From Antechinus flavipes (taxonomy: Eukaryota), in assembly GCF_016432865.1 (NCBI RefSeq), contig NC_067400.1:619256001-619320000 (forward strand): 64,000 nucleotides of DNA. Direction: 5' to 3'. Below are positions 22,601 through 41,025 of the stretch, one piece after another (the first letter of the stretch is position 1; each line of letters starts with the position of its first letter). Under the pieces are notes generated by a model. It ran no database searches. It had not been told where the DNA came from and saw only the letters and a list, made by a program, of their open reading frames with translations. The translations under genes and the position numbers were made by a program.

Positions 22601-24057
22601 GGAGACTCCAGAGGGGGACAGACAGAGGGAGGACTCAGAGGGAGACTCCAGAGGGAGAGGACTCGAAAGTGGAGAACTGAGAGGAGGAGGACTCAGAGGG
22701 AGGAGCCAGAGAGAAAGGATCCAAAAGGGAAAGATCCAGAGGGGAAGGATGCTGAGACTGGGTGGGTGGGGGAAGTCAAAGAGAGGTTTTAGAGGAAGGG
22801 GATCTCAAAGAGCTCATAATGGAGTGAGCTGAACATTCAGAGCTGGAACTCAAAGGGAGGACTCAGAAGGAGACTCAGAGGGGGAGGACTCAGACAGAGG
22901 GAGGACTCAGAGGGAGACTCCAGAGGGGGAGGACTCAGGCAGAGGGAGGACTCAGAGAGGGGAGCAGCCACATGGGGCGGGGTCTGAGGTCTCTGAGGCA
23001 AAGGTGGGAGTGGAGATTTGGGGCCTCCTGGAGGGACTGTTTGTCCAGGGGCCGAGGTTCCATGTGATAAAGCTTCACGGGCATGTGGTCTCATGCACAG
23101 ATGAGCCTGGAACCTCGGGGAAAGTAGATGAGTCTGATGGGGAAAGGGCTGACTCAGAAACCGCTCCCCTCAACTTCCTGGGGCTCCCTCCATCCCCAAA
23201 TCTTATGGTTAAGCATTTGCTTAACTCCGTTGCCAAGGAGACCCCAGGCCGACTGCCCCCCTTCTCCATCCCCCCAGCCCGGAAGGAAATGGGCCGACCC
23301 AGGGGCTTTGTAAGTCGGGATTTACCCCATGAAGTCCTTCCTCACGATGGGGTCCCCCGCCCTCCACAGGCCGACCCTCCCCCAGGGCCCTTACTCACTG
23401 GTCTCCACAGCCCCCACAGCCTCTGTGCAGACCCCCAGGTCTGCAGGGCAGGTCACCTTCTTCATCTTCTCCAGGGAACATCCTTGGTCGGCTTTCTGGA
23501 TGCAGCTGTAGCATCGAAGAGCCGAGGCACCTGGGAGAGGGTCACGCGCGTCACCTTCTTCCCCTCCCGCGGCCCCATTGTGGCCGGCTGCCCCGGCCCG
23601 GGACCTCCCGCAGGCGGAAGGCCCTCCCCCCCACCATCCCTCTCTCGGACGAGGGGCCCTCACTTGCTGGGGCCACGAGGTCCCTCTGCGGCTCTTTGAG
23701 CCGAGTTGGAGCTTTCAGTCCCTCTCCCGAGCCGGGCCGATCTTCCTGTTTTCTGGCTGGGAGCCGGGCGTGTGGGACTCTTTGCCTTGGAAGCTTGGGA
23801 AGCCCCCCGCCCACCCTCGGGCTCACCCTTCTGAAGGCCCGTGGCCCACAGCCCCTCTCCCCGCGCGGAGGTCTCCCTTCCCTGGGACCCCCCCTCCTGC
23901 CTTCTCCCCTGCCCCCCCCGGGATCTCCCCCTGCCCCCGCCTGCCTTCTCCCTTGCCCTGGGCCCCAGGATGCAGAGCCGCCTGGCTCACCTGGGCCGAG
24001 CAGGGCCAGCAGCAGGACGGCGGCCCCGAGGATCCCTGGGCTGCGCTTTTTCTCCAT
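19653..24057 (-). CDS. LYPD3: Ly6/PLAUR domain-containing protein 3 (C4.4A), 349 aa, 5 exons
   Basis: Exons 24057-23991, 23530-23399, 22291-22121, 20868-20707, 20170-19653 (1050 nt). Motifs LRCYSCIQKADQGCS, GQFSLAIRGCGSG..KNDRGLDLHGIL, ECYSCVGLSREAC and VSLPVRGCVQDE.C..SGSCCEGSRCNADLRNKTYF, followed by a Thr/Pro mucin-like stalk and a GPI tail. PolyA signal at 19498-19503. Confidence 0.96.
22370..22960. repeat. Purine-rich minisatellite in LYPD3 intron 2, in two blocks (22370-22700 and 22850-22960)
   Basis: gggaggactcagagggagactccagagggggaggactcagacaga repeated. Confidence 0.9.
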
Positions 24058-24419
24058 GGCGGCTCCGTCCTGCTTCCTCCGAGGTCCCCCAGGGTGTGTC
24101 GGCTCTGCGCCCCGGCCGGGCCCTCTTACCTGAACCCCCAGATGAGTAATCGCCCCCAGGCCCTGGCTCTCTCCTCCCCCAGCCCAGCCCAGCGTTGGCT
24201 CTGGGGCGGGTCCCCCCTTTCCTTGCGTCACAGCCCGGGGAGAGGGGAGCTGGCTCTGAGAGGGCCCGAGAATCCGGGCCAGGCAGCAGGGCCCTGCCCC
24301 GGGGCGGCCGCTGCTGGGAAGCGACAGGGTGGGGTGGAGGGGCAGGAGCCCAAGCCCATCCCCAGCCTCGGAGCTCTGCGGGGGGCGTCTGGGCCAAGCC
24401 CCGCCTTTGGCAGACGGGG

Positions 24420-24570
24420 AAACTGAGGCCCAGGGAGGCGAAAGTGATCTGTCTGAGCATTTCTCCCAGCCTCAGTTTCCTTTTCTGTAAAACGGGGATA
24501 ACAACACCTGCCTGGAAAGTTGTTGTGGGGATTAAGTGAGATAATCCAAGTGAAAGCATTTGGGAAACCT
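24420..24570. mobile_element. MIR core fragments upstream of LYPD3; similar fragments lie near 2340, 6170, 7390, 9650, 17400, 21100, 27200, 28250, 39000, 54240 and 62880
   Basis: Recurrent motifs aaactgaggc and cctcagtttcc..ctgtaaaa.ggggataa. Confidence 0.6.
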
Positions 24571-26159
24571 CAGAGTGTTGGGAAACGACTGCTTCTTATT
24601 TTCCAGGAGAGTTTCACCAGCCGAGAGTTGGGCATCTCTAGGGACCCCTGGGCCTGGAAGGACCCTCCCGGAGCCCAACGTGAGCTTTTTGCGGGGGCCA
24701 GCGGGGCCTACAGGTTCAGGTCTCCCACCCAATAGTGCAGGGATGCCCCCCCAGGAGAGGAGGCTTCCCAGGCCAGAGCGCCGAGGATGGGGGTCCCTCG
24801 CCGCCCCGGCGGCCCAGGATCCTGAAGGCGAAGCTGTCCCTGAACTCGTCTGCACCCCCCAGCTTTAAACTTTAGGGGCCTAGGCAGGAGGGGGAGCGTG
24901 GGAGCCGGAGTTTCGAGGGCGGGCCCCGACCCGGAGCTCCCTCCCCAAACTGGCTGGACCGGAGAGACAGGCATTGGGGAGCCTCTGTCTGGGCCTGCAG
25001 GACCCTCGGGTGACTCCCTCCCCCCTCCCCCCAGAGAGACCATCTCCATGTGCACAGGTTTGGGAACCGAGGCCCAGAGAGAGGAAGGGATTCGGGGCAG
25101 GTTGGCCCATACTTTAGTCAGGTCCTTTTCCTTGTGGCTCCAATGCCGGATTCGGACGTAAGCACTAAGGGTCCCCTGGGCCCCCCCCCCCCCCGTGCCG
25201 CCTGCTCATCCCCCTGTTCCAAGCAATTCTGCCACATGGCGCCCTGAGGAGGCTAAAATCCCATGGCTCCCAGGCCCGCTCCGCAGAGAACAAAACCACC
25301 CCGAAGGAAGCTTGGGCCGGCAGGACAGCTCAGAGTCTGGCAGGCTTCCTCGGGTCTCCAGGCCCTCGGAAAACCTTTGTGTTCTACCTTGGGAGGGAAA
25401 CATTCCCTTTAGTGTTTAAGTTAAAACAGCCGGAGATGGACGCGCGGAGGGGGGATGCTCTCTCTCCGAGCCGCACGCTCTGATGCAGATGCTTAACTGG
25501 GGCTTCACCGAGAGGTTCCCCGTCTGCGCATGGGAGAAAACCCGCCTTTCTCTCAGAGTTCCTGGGATCGTCGGTAATCGGACGTCTGTTACTCTGAGTT
25601 TTAGGCGTCTCTTGGCTTAAGCGGGCTGTGAAAAAGGCCCCTCCCCCCCAGTACGCCGGTCAGAGCCCCTGCCCTTGACCCCTTGAGGACAATCCTTTTG
25701 CTCTCCCGTTTGGGTTTTGGATGGAGTGAAAGGATGCGGGCGGGAGGGGGAGGGGGAGGGCGTGCGGGGAGAATTAGCGCAGAGGATCGGTGCTTCCTTC
25801 CTAAGGGTGGGGCTCGAGGCTCCCTGCGGGTCATGGGAGGAGAAGGGGGACGCGAGGCTCCCTGACTCAGACCCGCTTCGGAGCCCCAGCGCCCTCCTCA
25901 AGCTCCCAGGGTGTATCTGCCCAGCGCTCTCCCCGAATGCCCCCCAAAAGAAAGGCTGGGAGAGCCAGGACGCCTGGTTTCCCTGAATCGTGAAAAAGGC
26001 TCAAAGGCGAGGGGCCCCTAGGGGTAAGAAATGGGGCTCAGGACGTGGGGGTCCCTGGATGAAGATGGGGGTGGGCGCTCCCAGGACTCTGAGGAGGCGG
26101 ATGGGGGGAAGAGGGGGTCCCGAGAGGAAGGCGCTTGGAGAAGCAGCTCGCCCGGGCTG

Positions 26160-26235
26160 GGGGCGAACAACAACAGCCACCATTGTTTTTCCACAGTGTT
26201 TAATTTAACCCCACGTGTGCATCAATAAATAAACC
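26160..26235 (-). terminator. Probable PHLDB3 polyadenylation site
   Basis: On the minus strand, U-rich TTTATTTATT is followed by ATTAAA (26204-26199), a CA about 15 nt later and a GU-rich element TGGTGGCTGTTGTTGTT. This is the first canonical hexamer I found downstream of the stop at 27308. Confidence 0.6.
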
Positions 26236-26399
26236 TCCCGCCCCCGCCCCCGGAGAGTCCGCGGGGTAAAGCCGGCAGCCGCTTCCTCCGGGGCACTCGG
26301 GAAGCCGAGCTCGGAACCGGCCGAGCAGAGGCGGCCCCCCGGGCGGAGGAGACCGTTTCGGGGGACTGGACTTCCCGGGCTGGGGGAGAGCAGCGGGGC

Positions 26400-27095
26400 T
26401 ACGAATGTCGGGAGTTACCTGGGAATACGAAAGCTCCCGGGAAAGTTACGAGCAACAGAACACTGGGAGGTGCTAATACTCGAGAGAGGGCGGGGCCTCG
26501 CGGGAAAGTTACAAGCAACAGAACACCGGGGATACTAACGTTCCACCGAGAGCGGGACCTCCCGAAAAAGTTACAATGGAACACTGGGAGTAACGAACTC
26601 AAGTGGAGGCGGGGCTAGTTACTAGCAGTTGGACACCGGGGTACGAACGTTCGGCGAGGGCGGGGCCCCCGGGAAAGTTACTTGCAATAGAACACTGGGG
26701 TGACGAACGTTCGGCGAGGGCGGGGCCCCCGGGAAAGTTACTTGCAATAGAACACTGGGGTACGAACGTTCCCTCGAGAGCGGGGCTTCGCGGGAAAGTT
26801 ACAAGTCATAGAACACGAACTCGAGGGAGGGCGGGGCCTCGCGGGAAAGTTGCAAATTATAGAACACTGGGGGTACGAACGTTCGGCGAGGGCGGGGCCC
26901 CCGAGAAAGTTACTAGCAATAGAACACTGGGGGGAGGACCGTTCGGTGAGGGCGGGGCCCCCGAGAAAGTTACTAGCAATAGAACACTGGGCGTACGAAC
27001 ACTCGAGAGAGGGCGGGGCCTCCCGGGAACGTTACCAGCAATAGAACACTAAGAGTAGGAACGTTCGGCCGAGGGCGGGGCCTCCCGGGGAACTC
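26400..27095. repeat. ~60-bp minisatellite, about 11-12 copies, in the predicted PHLDB3 3' UTR
   Basis: Consensus gagggcggggcccccgggaaagttactagcaatagaacactgggggtacgaacgttcggc. Confidence 0.92.
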
Positions 27096-27307
27096 TGAGA
27101 GGACTAGAATGCCCGAGCTATAAGCATTGGGCATCTTTTAACGCTGGGGGCGAATTCATAGCATCTGGGACCGAGCTGGAAGGACCGAGCTTGTCTAGCC
27201 TCGTTTTACAGAAGGGGAAACTGAGGGCCAGGCTAGAAAAGCCCGGGCTGTGTTACTACTAGGCTGTGGGCGGAGGCGGTCGGGGCTTCTGGGGAGGTGG
27301 AGCCCGG

Positions 27308-35027
<7,720 letters not shown>

Positions 35028-37240
35028 GTCTCCGGCTTCCCGGACTCCTCCGGCCCAGGCAGGGGGACTGCGGGGGGAGAGGGGGCTGTGAGCAGAACTC
35101 CACAGACGCTCTGGGGGCGGGGCCTGAGGGACTTGAAACCAGAGTCTGGGGGCTCCGAGCTGATGGAGCAAGGGGGCTCAGGGATTGGGTAAGGGGCTCA
35201 AGGGGCGGGACCTACGGAGCCCCGAAGAGGAAGAGAGGGCTCGGAGCGGGGGAGGGACGGGGGGGTTCGGAGGGGCTCGGGGAACTAGACCCGCGAGAGC
35301 CGAGCACAAGGGCACTCAGGGGGTGTGGCCTAAGGGACCCGGAGAAGGACTGGGGAGCCCAGGGGCAGGACCTGGAGGGGCTCCGGGATTGGGTAAGGGT
35401 CTAAGGCGAGAGGGGGCTCGGGCGCTCCGGGCGGAGGGCTCAGGGATTGGGCAGCGGCTCGGGGGTGGGATCGGACGGACTCGGGAGCCGAGCCCGAGCT
35501 GGGGAGGCGGGCTCCGAGATGAGCTCGGGGCGGGACCGAGGCTGGGAGAAGCCTTTGGGGGAGGGACTTTAGGGACTTGGGGAGTGGGATCCCGAGGCGC
35601 TGGGGCTCGGCGAGCTGGGCTCAGGGGGTGTTCGGGGCTCAGATCGCGGATCTTGGGGCCCGGAGTTCATCCTTCCAGCCCCGCTCCCCTTTTCCTCTCC
35701 CCCAGCCCTCGGCCTGGGGAAATGCCCGGGAAGCCCCTTTCCCGGGAGCCAAAGCTTCCCTAACCCCGACCTTTACCGACCCAGAGATCTAGTCCCCAGG
35801 GCTCTCTCCGGAGCCCCGGCGTTCTGCTCCACACGGACACCGACCCGCTCGCACACACTCCTCCTTCGGGACCCGGGGCCCTCCCCCTCCCCCCACCCGT
35901 GGGGGTCTCGGGCGCCCCGCTCCTTCAGCCGCCCCCTCCGGAACCCGGGTGTCTCAGTCCCCGGCCCCCGCAGCCTCCGAGCCCAGGTGCCGGCCCCCTC
36001 ACCTGCTCCGTCTCCTCCGCAGGCCTCTCCCTGTTCCCAGAGCCCGGGCCTCTGCCCACGGGACAGGTGGCGGGGGAGGAGGGAGGGGCCGCCCCCCTGC
36101 GGGAGCCCGGATGCGGGGTGGTGGGAAGTGGGAGGAGAGAAGGGAGGAGAGAGAACAGGTCTGACAGCTCCGCAGGGAAGCAGGTATCTGGCCCTTCCAG
36201 TGCACACACCCTGGGAACCAGGCGTCCTGGTCCCCCTCCCCGGGGGAGGGGGGACACTTCAGGCCCCACCCAAAACCCCGAGCGCCTGGTCTTCAGGACG
36301 CCCTCCTCAGGGACCCAGGTGTCCTGCCGCCCCCGAGCCCCCAACCCTGAGGGACAGAAGCAGCCACTTTTCCACCTTCAAAGCCCCCGGTTCTTGTGTC
36401 CCAGCCTCACTTCCGGCCCCCTTGGGCCGCGGGCTGCAGGTGCAGGGGTGGGGCGCTTCCCCTCTAATGACCCCTTTGGAAGGGCTGGGACCGGTTTGGG
36501 GGCCTGGGGAGGGGACCCCACGGTGAGTCATGGGAGAGCCGGCCGAGTCCCTACGGCACAAGGGGGTGGGGGGCCCTGGCGGGAGGAGCCCAAGGTCACG
36601 CGGCCAGACCCTTCCTCTCGGGGCAAAACAGGAAGCTGGGGTGAAACTTTCCAGCTCCCTCCTCCCCAAACATCCCAGCGCGGCCGCCTGCCGGAGGGCC
36701 AGTCTTCTGGTCTGAGTGCCCTCGGCCCAGCGAGTCCCCCACGTGCTCCCCCTAGTGGCCCTGGTCACCAAGAGCACCTCAGACCCAGCCTCCCAACCTC
36801 TGCCTGTCCTGAGGTGGAGAGCAGGGACATAACATCACCCCCATCCGGGACAGGTGAGATGCTATCATCGCAGAGCTGGCCGGGCCGCAGGCAGAGTCAG
36901 GGCTCCAAGGGGGGCCACCCCTGCCTCCTCCCCCAACCCTGGCACCCCAGCCTCCGGCTTCCAAGCCAAACCAGGCCCCGTGGCCGGGGAGCTCTCAGAT
37001 GGGACGGGTCCAACTCTGCCTGTGACCACAACCCCAGAAGAGGAGCCTGGCAAAGTAAAGTGGGGGCCCAGGGCGGCGAGCGAGCCCTCCCGGAGGCGCT
37101 GGGGAAGGCGCCTAACGAAGGAGGGCCGGGACGTTAGGCAAAAACGTTTATTAACGGAATCCAGAGGGGGATGGGGCTCCTCCTGTCAGAGCCCCGTCCC
37201 AAGAACGGAGGTGCTGAGTTGTGGGCTGCCCGGAGAGAAG

Positions 37241-40200
37241 TCAGCTGGGGACCTCCTGAACGCCGCAGCGCATGTTGGCGGGGACGGCGACATCTGGAGA
37301 GGGAGGAGGAGGGGAGATAAGGGGGGCGACCGCGAGGGACCCCGTTTCCCAATGCCAGACCCCGGCCGTCCTGCCCTCCTCGGCAGGGGACCGCCGGCTC
37401 GGCCCCAAAGCCAAGTCTTCCTGCTTCTCACCGATCTGCTTGGGCTTGGGCAGGTTGAGGTTGTTCATGACCTTGACGAAGTCCTCGCAGCTGAGTGTCA
37501 GGCGAGGGTTGAGGGTCCGCTCCTCCTCCACCGTAGATACTGTGTGCCCTGTTTGCCAACAAGCATCGCCCCATGCGTCCGTTGGGTTCCCAGAGCACCT
37601 CTCTCTGGCCCAGACACCCTCAAGTCAGCCTCGGGCTTCCCCCCAACCCCAGGAGTAGGGACTTTGCTTCTGAGTCTTATCCCACTTCTCTGTGGTGCAA
37701 CTGACATTTTGCACCTCCAGCTGTCCTGGGCAGGCTGATCCAGGCTGGACTACATATCCCATCAGCCCTTGGAGTGAATGTGGCTGAGCCCAGGTGCCTT
37801 TATGGGCAGTGGCAACAAGGCTGCCTCCCATGCTCTCTGGTCTGTTCCATCTCTACTGAGAAGAATGAAGTCCTCATCCTGATGCTCTCTGAGAACTCTA
37901 CTGCTCCCTCCATGCTAAAAACACAAGGCCTGAAGGCCTCTGGGAGCTGTAGTTCTGAGTCCCAAAGAGCTTTGGGAACTGTGGTTCTGAGTTCTCAAGG
38001 GCCTCTGGGAACTGTAGTTCTGTGCCCATCCCAAAGACCTGTGGAAACTGTGGCTCTGAGCTCGCAAGGGCCTCTGGGAAATGTGATTCTAAGCTTCCAA
38101 GGGCCTCTAGGATCCCTGAGTCTGAGCACACCCCCAAAGGCCTCTGGGAGTTGTGTTTTTGGGTCCCTAAGGAGCTTTGGGAGGTGTGGATCATCTGTGT
38201 GTACACTCCAAGGGCTTCTGGGAGTTGCAGTTTCCTCATGTCCACAATCTACTAACCAGCCTTCCCTCCCCCCAGACACCACCTCCGGGAAGCCCCCACA
38301 CCTTGGTAGTCATGGGCTGGGTAAACCAGGCAGTCCCCGGGAAGGGTGAAGATCTTCTCGTGGACTGAATGGTACAAGGTCTTAGCACAGCCTGGAGGGA
38401 GAGGGAAGAGGAAAGGAGGTCCGTTCGTGAGGGCGGGGTTGCCCAGGAACAAATAACACTGAACACGGAGGTGCCATATTAGTGCTTATTCCCACCCAAC
38501 CTCCCTGGAAGAGCCAGAATCCCGCAGCAACCTCACCCACCTCCCTACCTACATAGTGGGGGAGGGGAAGACAAGGAAGGGAGACGAGAGGGGGCTGTGG
38601 CTGAGGAGGAAGACGTCTAATCTTGGGCTCCCTGCCTGCCTCTCGGTGCCATCTCAGGGGAACGCCTTGTCCTCTTTGGGCCTCCATCCGCAGAGGACCC
38701 CCGCGAACCCCGGGCTCCCCCTCGGGCCTGCCCATACTGCCCAAGGCGGAGTGCTGGGGGAGGGCGCAACGTTCTTAGAGGGGGAGGGCCCGGACCTTGC
38801 TGGAAGTCGGTGCGGCCGCATCCTCGGATAAGCAGGGCGTCCCCCGTGAAGGCTACGCTGTGGTCACTCAGGACAAAAGTCAGGCAGCCGTCCGTGTGGC
38901 CCGGGCTGGCCCGGGCCTCCAGGGCCTGAGGGGGGAAACGGAGATCAGAGCAGGCCCGCCTGGCCCCACCTCACCTGGGCTCGAGGGCCTGCAGTTAGGG
39001 AACTCTGCCTTTGTTTCCAGCCTCAGTTTCCCCATCTGTAACAAGCGGGTCAGACGGAGGTCCCTGCCACTGCTTAACTGGCCGCGTGACCTCCGGAGAG
39101 AGTGGGCTCCTCTGGGGCCTCACTTCCTTCCTGGAGAATTTCAAAAGAACTACTCACTTTGTTCCTCTCCGCAGACTGCCCAAAGCCTGCCCCTCCTTGG
39201 CTGCCCGGAGGCCCTCGAGTCTCATGTTAAGTGACTTGTTCGGAGCCACAGACATGGGGGAGCAATGGCATTTATCCAGTCACCTCAACTGACCCCAAGA
39301 TGGGGGCTTTATGGGGAAAGTCACGTGTGTGTGTACATGCAGACGTACTTATGCACACAGAATGGGACCTAAGGAACACATCGTCTCTCTAAAACCCCGT
39401 GTCCCTGACGGCGCGTACTGTGAGGTGACACACACACACACACACCTGTACAGACGCACGCGCTCAGACACACAGGTCAGAGCGGGATGTGATAAGCACC
39501 GTCTCTACAAGGGGCCCATGTGTGTGCGTGCCCACGGACACAGATGTAACACACATGTACGTGACATGTAACCCCCCTCTTTATACACGTGATAAGCACT
39601 GGCTCCACAAGGGGCCCATGTGTGTGTGTACCCACGGACACAGATGTAACACACATGTACGTGACGTGTAATCCCCTTATACATGTGATAAGCACCGTCT
39701 CTACAAGGGGCCCACGGACACAGATGTAACACACATGTACATGATGTGTAACCCCCCTCCTTATACATGACGAGATCAGCACCGGCTCCACAAGGGGCCC
39801 AGGTGTGTGCATAGGCCACAAGCTCGGGTCCCCACCTCTGTGGGACACACAGTCCCTACACAGCCCATCCTCGCAGCCGGGCGGGAACTGCGCCACCTCC
39901 CGGTGTCCCGGGGCGCCCGCTGCAGACACCGGCCGCCACTTCCTGCGGCCCGCCCCTCCCCCGCCCTGGGGCCAAGTCCGGGCCACTAGCCCGCGCGCCC
40001 TGTGAGTCACTGCCCTGTCCCCGGCCACACCTGCCCTTCTCACCCAGCGCCAAGGTGTTTATGGCCCCTGCAGCCGTGCCCCAGGAGCCCGGCTTCAGAC
40101 CCCTGTGCCCTGGGCAACTCACAAATCGCCCAAAGGTGAGGATGTCCCCGTCCTCCAGGAACAGGTCGGCTTTGGCCCCGCTGAGGCGGGAGATGACCGA

Positions 40201-41025
40201 TTTGCAACCTGGAATCATGGACCGGAGGAGCCCGGTGCCCGTGACATGGTCCGCATGGCAGTGCGTGTTGACTGTTGGGGGAGGGGGGAGGGGTGGTCAG
40301 GGGCACGGCCCTCCCCCAGGCCCTCGGGCGCCCTCTGGCCGGGAGAGCCCGCAGCCCCCCCTCCTCCAGGGCACGCTTCCTCCCCGGCCCGCAGCCCCCC
40401 CTCCTCCAGGGCACGCTTCCTCCCCGGCCCGCCCCCCTCCTCCAGGGCACGCTTTCTCCCCGGCCGCCAGTGGGGCGAGGCGGATGGCCGCCTCCACCCG
40501 CCCCTCCCCGAGCAATTAGCGTAACGCCCCCTGCGGACAGCGCGCCTCCCGGGGGTGGGGAGGGAAGGGCGGCCGCTTCTCCTCCGGGTGCCGGGACAAG
40601 CTCAGGGCGCCCGCGGGTGCAGCGCCCCGCCCCCAGCCCCGCCGCCCCCGGGCCCAGGCTCACCTGCGTAGCGGAGGTGCAGGCCGAGCTCCCGGACGAG
40701 GCGAGCATCCCTGGCGGCCGTCTCCAGCACGGGGTCGATCAGCACAGCCTCCCCGGAGCTCCGGTCCCCCAGCAGATACGTGTACGTGCAACTGTTGGCT
40801 TCGAAGAGCTGCAAACGGGGGAGACGCGGGGTGAAGGGGGTCCCCGCTCCCAGCCCGAAGCCCCCTGGGCGCTGCCCCGCTCCCCCTCCCCGCGCCCGCC
40901 CGGACCCGCACCTGGCGCAGCAGGAGGCCGTCCCCCCGCGAGCTGAGCGCCCTGGGGGCCGGTCCCCGGCGCAGCCCCGGAGCCCGCAGCAGCCGGCACG
41001 CGCGCAGCAGCCGCCCCGGCCCCAT
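37241..41025 (-). CDS. ETHE1: Mitochondrial persulfide dioxygenase ETHE1, 265 aa, 7 exons
   Basis: Exons 41025-40912, 40808-40664, 40271-40123, 38925-38796, 38391-38302, 37548-37432, 37293-37241 (798 nt). Metallo-beta-lactamase motifs [36 protein letters not shown] and YPAHDY, with terminus PANMRCGVQ. PolyA signal at 37147-37152. Confidence 0.97.
39485..39805. repeat. ~80-105 bp tandem repeat, about 3.5 copies, in ETHE1 intron 3
   Basis: gataagcaccgtctctacaaggggccc...cacggacacagatgtaacacacatgtac repeated. Confidence 0.9.
40338..40465. repeat. ~35-bp repeat, 3 copies, in ETHE1 intron 2
   Basis: cccccctcctccagggcacgcttcctccccggcccgc repeated. Confidence 0.85.

Noticed and set aside
25900-26235. 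Apparent plus-strand intron (GTAAGA at 26024 to tttttccacag at 26196) with tandem AATAAA and a tiny MPPKRKA ORF
   Set aside because: The AT-rich end is better explained as the minus-strand PHLDB3 3'-processing site (U-rich element, ATTAAA, GU-rich downstream element). The branch point is poor and there is no other support.
26400-27095. Regularly spaced repeats superficially like a CRISPR array; the same applies to the arrays at 50240, 57905 and 62325
   Set aside because: The DNA is eukaryotic, the units are tandem and similar over their whole length with no unique spacers, and no cas genes are present.
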